From an uncultured Candidatus Saccharibacteria bacterium (lineage in GTDB: Bacteria; Patescibacteriota; Minisyncoccia; UBA6257; 2-01-FULL-56-20): a DNA stretch of 53,902 nt. The notes below the pieces were generated by a model. It had not been told where the DNA came from. It did no database searches and saw only the letters and a list, made by a program, of their open reading frames with translations. Made by a program: the position numbers and the translations under genes. Shown piece after piece: positions 47,736 through 53,902 of the stretch (the first letter of the stretch is position 1; each line of letters begins with the position of its first letter). The stretch spans positions 1 to 53,902 of the forward strand of contig CAYIAX010000005.1 of the NCBI GenBank assembly GCA_964361595.1. The letters are read 5' to 3'.

Positions 47736-47933
47736 AATTTGCTCCGTTTATACATTACGCTGGCTTTTTTGTGCCCATAAATGCTCGAATTTTTGACTTT
47801 TTGCATTTTTTGCGCTATACTATACCTATAGTTACCGTTTTGAGGGCAGGCTGGTTTCGCCCGCTCATCATGAGTTGGCCGACAAAGCTCATCCTAAAAA
47901 GAAATGAAAAGGTCGAATGCTTAGCGAATCTTA

Positions 47934-48284
47934 ATGGAACAGACAGCTGATAAAGATTTTTTGGAATTTCTCGTCAAGTCGCTGGTTGATCATCCGGACG
48001 ATGTGAAGGTTGATCGCAAGGTTGATGAGATGGGAGTCCTTTTGTCGCTCCGGGTGCATCCGATGGATATGGGCCAGGTGGTGGGACGCCAAGGCGCCAC
48101 CGCCAAAGCCATCCGCTCGCTTTTGAGGATCGTCGGCGTGAAGAATAACGCCCGCGTGAATCTGAAGATCGAAGAGCCGGAAGGTTCAACCCGCGGACCG
48201 CGCTTTCGCGACGGCGAAGCGGGCCCACGGCCGCCCATGGGTGAAAATCCGCCGATGAACGATCGCGCCGGAGACGAATTCTAA
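47934..48284 (+). CDS. khpA: KH-domain RNA-binding protein
   Basis: LVDHPDDV, DMGQVVGRQG.TAKAIR; follows rpsP. Confidence 0.9.
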   Translation: MEQTADKDFLEFLVKSLVDHPDDVKVDRKVDEMGVLLSLRVHPMDMGQVVGRQGATAKAIRSLLRIVGVKNNARVNLKIEEPEGSTRGPRFRDGEAGPRPPMGENPPMNDRAGDEF

Positions 48285-48295
48285 AAAAATAAACG

Positions 48296-48330
48296 AAAAA
48301 CCGCCCCGACAAGGGGCGGTTTTTGTTTTT
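48296..48330 (+). terminator. Intrinsic terminator
   Basis: AAAAACCGCCCC-GACAA-GGGGCGGTTTTT. Confidence 0.8.
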
Positions 48331-48391
48331 TAGCCTTGCCTTTTTTACTGTTTCGGGTAAAATATTCCTGCCTGCCGATAGACAGGCTCCA

Positions 48392-48952
48392 ATGCTTACC
48401 TATACCGATCTCAAAAAAGGAACGCTTTTTATTTATAACGGCGAGCCGTACGAAGTGATGGAATCGCATTTTTTGCGCATGCAGCAGCGGAAGGCCGTCG
48501 TGCAGACGAAGATTCGCAACTTGGTAACGGGCAAAGTGCTTGACCGCAACTGGCAGTCCTCGAACCAATTTGAAGAAGCAGAAGTAGAACGCAAAACCGC
48601 GGTTTTTATCTATGCGAGTAAAGGAGAATACTGGTTTCATGAAGAGAGAAATCCCAAGAACCGGTTTTCTTTGACCGCCGAGGCCCTGGGCGATCAGGTG
48701 CAATTTTTAAAGCCGAATACGAACGTTACTGTGTTCACATTTGATGGACGTGTGATCAAGATCCAGCTGCCCGTCAAAATGGAATTTGAAGTCGTGGAAG
48801 CCCCGCCCTCGATCAAGGGCAATACAGCCCAAGGCGGAACTAAGCTGGCCGTAATTGAAGGCGGCGCGAAAATATCCGTACCGCTTTTTGTAGAAACGGG
48901 GGATTATATTCGCGTAAACACCGAAACCGGCGAATACGTGGAGCGCGTCTAG
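48392..48952 (+). CDS. efp: Elongation factor P
   Basis: KIRNLVTG, KGNTA, VPLFV..GD.IRVNTETGEYVER. Confidence 0.95.
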   Translation: MLTYTDLKKGTLFIYNGEPYEVMESHFLRMQQRKAVVQTKIRNLVTGKVLDRNWQSSNQFEEAEVERKTAVFIYASKGEYWFHEERNPKNRFSLTAEALGDQVQFLKPNTNVTVFTFDGRVIKIQLPVKMEFEVVEAPPSIKGNTAQGGTKLAVIEGGAKISVPLFVETGDYIRVNTETGEYVERV

Positions 48953-48954
48953 AT

Positions 48955-49076
48955 CAGACGCGGATAATCAAATACAGATAAACGCAGATGTATGCAGATT
49001 TTAATTTGGAGGACGCGGATAAACGCGGATCGAACGCAGATAAACGCAGACCTAAGCGGATTAGCGCGGATTAAAC
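48955..49076. repeat. AACGCGGAT/AACGCAGAT ~10-mer repeat tract
   Basis: Related tracts at ~3495-3535, 42225-42310, 50460-50495 and 51583-51620. Confidence 0.75.
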
Positions 49077-49604
49077 TTAAACAGCCCTATTTTCGCGAAT
49101 CAGCGCCTCGTGCCGTTCGGCGATCAGGTTTTTGATCGCGTTTGGATCGTGGATGTTTCGGATGGAGAATTCGGAACTTTCGCCGGCAGTTTGAATAGTG
49201 AGGCTGCCGAAATTCAAAAGCGACGGAATGAAACCGATGATTTCAATTTTAAGGTCCTGGATTTTCTCGAGTCGCAACTCGGAAATGTCGCGGGCGAAGA
49301 GGCCGATCTGGTTGATGTCAATGATGCGCTTGTCGGTAAGAATGAGAATATCGAGATAATAATTAGTCCAAGCGACAAAGAAAAGCATCCAGATTATAAG
49401 GAGCCACGAGGCGATGAGGAGAAACAGGGCAGCGCTCTCTTGGTTTATTAAAGCCTGCATGGAAGCGGGCAGAATTTGCGAAGCAATTAAAAGCAAAAAC
49501 GGCAGAAAAGCGGCGAAAGCCAGGGAAACGGCTTCGCCCGCGATTGGCAGCCAATGGCGGCGGCAAATCAAGAGTATCTTTTCGCCGGCGTGCAGTGTAA
49601 TCAT
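49077..49604 (-). CDS. Membrane protein with bacterial PH-like domain
   Basis: RRHW, two TMs, ILTDKRII, KIQD, FGSLTIQTAG. Confidence 0.78.
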   Translation of the reverse strand: MITLHAGEKILLICRRHWLPIAGEAVSLAFAAFLPFLLLIASQILPASMQALINQESAALFLLIASWLLIIWMLFFVAWTNYYLDILILTDKRIIDINQIGLFARDISELRLEKIQDLKIEIIGFIPSLLNFGSLTIQTAGESSEFSIRNIHDPNAIKNLIAERHEALIRENRAV

Positions 49605-49876
49605 AAAAATAAATTCAAGGAGAGGGCGAGCATGACGACGATTAGCACGGCGCTTACGCCGAAGTAGATCGCCTGGAGGGCGCGGGTCCGCGCGGCGTAG
49701 ATTTCAAAGTTCTTCCAGTGGTAATTCAGAATCAAGCTTAAAATGATAAAAGCGACGAAAGCAAGGAGGGCAAATCCCCCCGCAACCATTTCGACAAGCT
49801 TGCCCGTTGCGGCTCCTTCCATATATGACATTATAGCAAATTTATGGCGCGACGCGCACGGCTCCAAAAATCCCAA
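49601..49876 (-). CDS. Small two-TM hypothetical protein (start uncertain)
   Basis: ILNYHWK between two hydrophobic helices; overlaps the next gene. Confidence 0.55.
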   Translation of the reverse strand: MGFLEPCASRHKFAIMSYMEGAATGKLVEMVAGGFALLAFVAFIILSLILNYHWKNFEIYAARTRALQAIYFGVSAVLIVVMLALSLNLFL

Positions 49877-49940
49877 GTCCTAACAAGCACAAGAACACCC
49901 CTATAAACTGGAGTTTGTAAGGATGTTGTATAATTTAGTC

Positions 49941-50225
49941 ATGGCTAAAGTCAAAACGGGGAAGCAAATGGAGCGCCATCTTAAAGGAATGGCCAACCAT
50001 TACCGCATCGAAATTCTCCTCATGATTGCGGACACCGACGGTATCACTCTAGAGGAAATAATCAAGAATCTTGGTGCCAATGAGAAAACCATCGGGGAAC
50101 ACGTCAGGAAACTTTCGGTTGCAGGATTAGTGAATAAGAAGCATCGCGGCAAATTCGTCGAGCATACCCTCTCGCCTTACGGAAAAATTTTTACAAAGTT
50201 TTTAGACGCCTTTAGTCGTTTGTGA
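49941..50225 (+). CDS. ArsR-family winged-HTH protein
   Basis: KGMANHYRIEIL, TIGEHVRKL..AGLV.K..RG; flanked by 28-bp palindromes. Confidence 0.82.
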   Translation: MAKVKTGKQMERHLKGMANHYRIEILLMIADTDGITLEEIIKNLGANEKTIGEHVRKLSVAGLVNKKHRGKFVEHTLSPYGKIFTKFLDAFSRL

Positions 50226-50324
50226 ACATCCTTACAAACTGGAGTTTGTAAGTGTGTATTCATGTATTGAAGCGGGGGTAGGTTAATGTGGATTTTAATG
50301 TTTTTTGATATATAATAGCGGGCA

Positions 50325-51578
50325 ATGGTAAAAATCAATAAAAACGTTTTTGTTGCGATGTCCGGAGGCGTGGATTCCTCGGTCGCCGCATTGTTCTTGA
50401 AGAATCAGGGCTATAACGTCGTCGGGGTTTTTATGAAATGCTGGACGTGGTCCAGCCCAAGGATTAACGCGGATTTTGACGCGGATGAACGCGGAAGCGG
50501 ATGCGGTTGGGAGCAAGACGCTGCTGATGCGCGCCGCGTGGCTGAAGTTCTAAGCATCCCGTTTTATGTTTGGGATTTCGAAAAAGAATACGAAAAGGCG
50601 GTGGTGAAATATATGCTTGCTGGCTACAAGCAGGGGCTTACGCCGAATCCCGATGTGATGTGCAATCGCGAGATCAAGTTCGGAATTTTCTTGAAGCGCG
50701 CTTTAAGTTTAGGCGCGGATTTTGTGGCGACCGGGCACTATGTACGCTTGCGCTCATCAACCAATAGCGAACTAAATACGAATGAACGAATCAAGCGAAA
50801 ATTCGTAAATTCGAAACAGATTCGTTATTCGCTGATGGCTGCCAAAGACAAGAACAAAGATCAAAGTTATTTTCTGTGGACTCTGGCGCAGGACGAGTTG
50901 AGGCATTCACTGTTCCCGATCGGAGAATACCTGAAACCTGAAGTGCGCCAAATCGCGCGTAAGGCCGGATTGCCAACCGCGGAAAAGAAAGATTCACAGG
51001 GGATTTGCTTTTTAGGCAAGTTCAATGTCGCCGACTTCCTGCGCATGCATTTGGGCGAGCGAAAGGGAGCGGTGGTGACGACCGAAGGAAAAATAATCGG
51101 CGAGCACCGCGGCGTCCATCTTTACACAATCGGCCAGCGGCATGGATTGGATTTAAAGACGAAAAATAGCGTTTTGGGTATCCGCGGAAAAATAGAAACG
51201 CAACCGCATTATGTTGCAAGCAAAGATATCAAGATGAATACACTTATCGTGGCAGAAGGGGAAAATAACTCCGCGCTTTACAACCAGGAAGTAAAACTAT
51301 CTGACGTGAATTTAATTAGCCCAATTCCTTACTCTAATGTTCTCAAGAATATGAGAATAAGGGTGTTGGCCCGAGTGCGGTATCGCCAGCCGCTCGCTCC
51401 GGCGGTATTAGCGACAAGTGGCAAGCGACAAGGCGGCAGGAAAGACGTATCCATGTCGCATGTCACATATCCCGTGTCGCTAATATTCGACAAGCCTCAA
51501 AGGTTCGTGGCGCCGGGCCAATCCGCAGTCTTTTACAATCGGCGTGGCGTGCTTTTAGGCGGCGGCATAATTGCCTAA
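50325..51578 (+). CDS. mnmA: tRNA 2-thiouridylase MnmA (with several repeat-derived inserts)
   Basis: AMSGGVDSS, TPNPDVMCN, ATGHY, KDQSYFL, SQGICF, APGQ. Confidence 0.97.
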   Translation: MVKINKNVFVAMSGGVDSSVAALFLKNQGYNVVGVFMKCWTWSSPRINADFDADERGSGCGWEQDAADARRVAEVLSIPFYVWDFEKEYEKAVVKYMLAGYKQGLTPNPDVMCNREIKFGIFLKRALSLGADFVATGHYVRLRSSTNSELNTNERIKRKFVNSKQIRYSLMAAKDKNKDQSYFLWTLAQDELRHSLFPIGEYLKPEVRQIARKAGLPTAEKKDSQGICFLGKFNVADFLRMHLGERKGAVVTTEGKIIGEHRGVHLYTIGQRHGLDLKTKNSVLGIRGKIETQPHYVASKDIKMNTLIVAEGENNSALYNQEVKLSDVNLISPIPYSNVLKNMRIRVLARVRYRQPLAPAVLATSGKRQGGRKDVSMSHVTYPVSLIFDKPQRFVAPGQSAVFYNRRGVLLGGGIIA

Positions 51579-51675
51579 AGAGGCGCGGATAAACGCGGAT
51601 CAAACGCAGATGTACGCAAATAGGTGAATGGTTGAAGCGAATCAACAATTGGCTCCAGGTGATATACTGAAACAA

Positions 51676-52203
51676 ATGATTATTGTTTTTACCGGAAACG
51701 GGAAAGGGAAAACGACAGCGGCTTTAGGCCAGATGGTGCGGGCGACCGGGCGCGGGAAGAAAGCCTTGATGATCCAATTTATCAAAGGCCCTTGGCGGTC
51801 GGGCGAGGATGAATTCGGCGACCGATTCAAGCTTGATGATTCAAGATTCAAGATCATAAAGATGGGAAAGGGCTTTGTAGGCATCTTGGGCGACAATTTG
51901 CCGCGCGAAGAGCATGTGAAGGCCGCCGAAGCAGCACTCGCGTTTTTTAAGCAGGAGTTAATGACCAAGAAATGGCATTTAATGATTCTTGACGAAGTTA
52001 ATGTGGCGCTTTCCCTGGGTTTGCTCAAAATCGAGGCTGTGCTTGCAGTAATCAAAGATTTTCCCGAAGACAAAATCCTGCTTTTGACCGGCCGGGGCGC
52101 GCCCAAAGAGTTGATTGAGGCCGCGGATCTGGCTACGGAAATGAAGGAGATAAAGCATCCCTATGCTAAAGGAAGGCTTGCCAAACTAACAGTAGAATTC
52201 TAA
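51676..52203 (+). CDS. cobO: Cob(I)alamin adenosyltransferase CobO/BtuR family
   Basis: FTGNGKGKTTAALG, QFIKG, ILDEV, LTGR.AP, KHPY. Confidence 0.88.
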   Translation: MIIVFTGNGKGKTTAALGQMVRATGRGKKALMIQFIKGPWRSGEDEFGDRFKLDDSRFKIIKMGKGFVGILGDNLPREEHVKAAEAALAFFKQELMTKKWHLMILDEVNVALSLGLLKIEAVLAVIKDFPEDKILLLTGRGAPKELIEAADLATEMKEIKHPYAKGRLAKLTVEF

Positions 52204-52225
52204 GGGGTTTACAACCCTCAATAAT

Positions 52226-53020
52226 TTGTCTATACTGTTCCTCGTGCCGCAAGATGATTTAACAATCGGAACTCAAGAGGAAATCGCTTATCCCGATCCC
52301 GCCTATAAGGAAATGGTGGACGCCGGGGTGTTTTATGGCCGCAAGCGCAGCCGCACGCACCCGCGCATGAAGCGGTTTATTTTAAGCAACCGCAACGAGA
52401 TTGAAATAATTGACCTGGCAAAAACGAAGGAATTGCTCGAGACCGCCCAAGAATTCATCCGCGAAACGATGAAAAAGCGGGGGAATATACTTTTCGTCGG
52501 CACGCAGCCGGCCGCCGTCTCCGGCGTTACCGAATTGGCCAAAGCTTTTGATTTGCCATATGTGACCACGCGCTGGCTGGGCGGCATGATGACGAATTTC
52601 CGCGTCATCGGCAAGCGCATTGAGCATTATTTGAAACTTAAAAACGACTGGCAGAACAAGGCTTTCGAAGCCTACACAAAAAAGGAACGGGTTGGCATCG
52701 AGCGCGAATTAAACAAGCTTGAGGAGCTTTTTTTCGGACTTTCTAATTTTAAGGGCTTGCCTGCGGCGCTTATCATCATTGATCCCAATCTGCACATGAC
52801 CGCCGTGCGGGAAGCCAAGCATCTGCGCATTCCGGTCGTGAGCTTTGTAAACACCGACAGCGATCCGGAACTTGTCCAATATCCGGTTGTGGGAAATAAT
52901 AAGGCGAAGATGAGCATTGACTGGTTCTTGCGCCACCTGCGCGAAGCCTTCGAAGAAGGAAAGCGTTTAGCGCAGCCAATAGAAACCGAAATGGCTGCCG
53001 AAGAAAAAGCAAAAGCATGA
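52226..53020 (+). CDS. rpsB: 30S ribosomal protein S2 (start uncertain)
   Basis: MVDAGVFYG, LFVGT, RWLGGMMTNF, AVREA..L.IPV. Confidence 0.96.
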   Translation: MSILFLVPQDDLTIGTQEEIAYPDPAYKEMVDAGVFYGRKRSRTHPRMKRFILSNRNEIEIIDLAKTKELLETAQEFIRETMKKRGNILFVGTQPAAVSGVTELAKAFDLPYVTTRWLGGMMTNFRVIGKRIEHYLKLKNDWQNKAFEAYTKKERVGIERELNKLEELFFGLSNFKGLPAALIIIDPNLHMTAVREAKHLRIPVVSFVNTDSDPELVQYPVVGNNKAKMSIDWFLRHLREAFEEGKRLAQPIETEMAAEEKAKA

Positions 53021-53463
53021 GCGATATAGAAATTTTACAAAAGCTCCGTCTTGAAACCGGGGCTGGCGTAATGGATTGCAAAAAAGCGTTGGCGGATGCC
53101 GGCGGCGATTTTGATCGGGCCGTGGTTTTGATCCATGAGCGCGGCGCGGTCAAGGTGGAAAAGCGCGCGGATCGCGCGACCGGAGCGGGACTTGTTAAAT
53201 CTTACGTGCACAATGAACGGATCGGCGTCATTTTGGATCTGCGGGCGGAAACCGATTTCGTGGTGCGCTCCGACCCTTTCCAAAAACTGGCCCAAGAACT
53301 GGTGATGCAAATCGCGGCAGCCGCACCGGCGAATCCGGACGAACTCATGGCCCAGCCCTATATTCGGGATGAATCGAAAACCGTGGCCGATCTTGTGAAG
53401 GACGTAATTGCGCGCGTCGGTGAAAACATCCGCGTCAATGCCTTTGCGCGGCTTGAAGTTTAG
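53017..53463 (+). CDS. tsf: Elongation factor Ts (short form)
   Basis: LRLETGAGVMDCKKAL, ETDFV, GENI.V..FAR. Confidence 0.95.
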   Translation: MSDIEILQKLRLETGAGVMDCKKALADAGGDFDRAVVLIHERGAVKVEKRADRATGAGLVKSYVHNERIGVILDLRAETDFVVRSDPFQKLAQELVMQIAAAAPANPDELMAQPYIRDESKTVADLVKDVIARVGENIRVNAFARLEV

Positions 53464-53478
53464 GGTTAGACTAAAACC

Positions 53479-53835
53479 ATGCTACAGATGATCGTTAGCA
53501 ATATTTTTATGGTCTCGGTCGGGGTGTTTCTTTATATAGTTGCACGTTCTTTGCCGCGCCTGCAGGAGGAGGCGCAGTCCACGCAGAAAAAATCCGTAAT
53601 TGACCGCTTCGTGACCTCGGATATTCCACGCAAAATTGATGAAATAATCAACAGCTTTCTGGGAAAGTTCCTGCGGAAAACAAAAGTATTCCTGATGCGT
53701 TTCGATAATTCGATCACGAAAAAATTACAAACGATGGGGAATGAAAATAACAACGGCAATAGCAATGGGAAGCCGAAGATTAATTTTGACGAAATCACTT
53801 CGGAAACTCCCAAAAACCGCAGTACACAAGAGTAA
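53479..53835 (+). CDS. Hypothetical single-TM protein
   Basis: N-terminal TM followed by ARSLPR. Confidence 0.6.
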   Translation: MLQMIVSNIFMVSVGVFLYIVARSLPRLQEEAQSTQKKSVIDRFVTSDIPRKIDEIINSFLGKFLRKTKVFLMRFDNSITKKLQTMGNENNNGNSNGKPKINFDEITSETPKNRSTQE

Positions 53836-53847
53836 GAATTTGTCGAA

Positions 53848-53885
53848 GAACACAAAAACGGAGCTTTAGCTCCGTTTTTGTGTTC
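53848..53885. terminator. Intrinsic terminator
   Basis: GAACACAAAAACGGAGC-TTTA-GCTCCGTTTTTGTGTTC. Confidence 0.8.
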
Positions 53886-53902
53886 CTATGTGTGGCTTTA
53901 CA

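Noticed and set aside
51676-52203. Cobalamin biosynthesis locus
   Set aside because: Isolated cobO homologue; no other cob genes or cobalamin riboswitch recognised.

Overview
Bacterial chromosomal window, code 11, mostly + strand. It most likely comes from a Patescibacteria/CPR (Parcubacteria-like) genome; this is inferred from the lack of rpmD between rpsE and rplO, a short EF-Ts, a compact SMC and dense intergenic palindromic/heptamer repeats. Core genes: end of the spc operon (rplF-rplR-rpsE-rplO-secY-adk-cmk-map), greA, lysS, dnaE, rpmG, rplJL, mraZ-rsmH-ftsL-ftsI-murF, tpiA, murB, hpf, secA, rnhB, rpmF-nusB-rnc-smc, rpsP-khpA-efp, mnmA, cobO, rpsB-tsf, and five tRNAs. Two features stand out. 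(1) An integron-like array of four AT-rich single-gene cassettes (GNAT, NUDIX, PurM-like, SET) anchored in the secA 3' end, separated by five copies of a CCRTGCGGTT-N20-TGTCAYGGG site. The first copy is the DNA encoding SecA's CPCGS..CHG zinc motif, and two copies carry 113-bp hairpin elements; no integrase is in the window. (2) A tRNA-Thr(GGT) gene interrupted twice: by a group I intron at 36/37 and by a 137-nt structured T-arm insertion containing a 16-nt perfect antisense copy of the correctly joined tRNA sequence. An upstream LAGLIDADG-like ORF overlaps this tRNA. Several repeat families also sit in frame inside housekeeping proteins. All assignments come from motif recognition by eye; no database searches were run.
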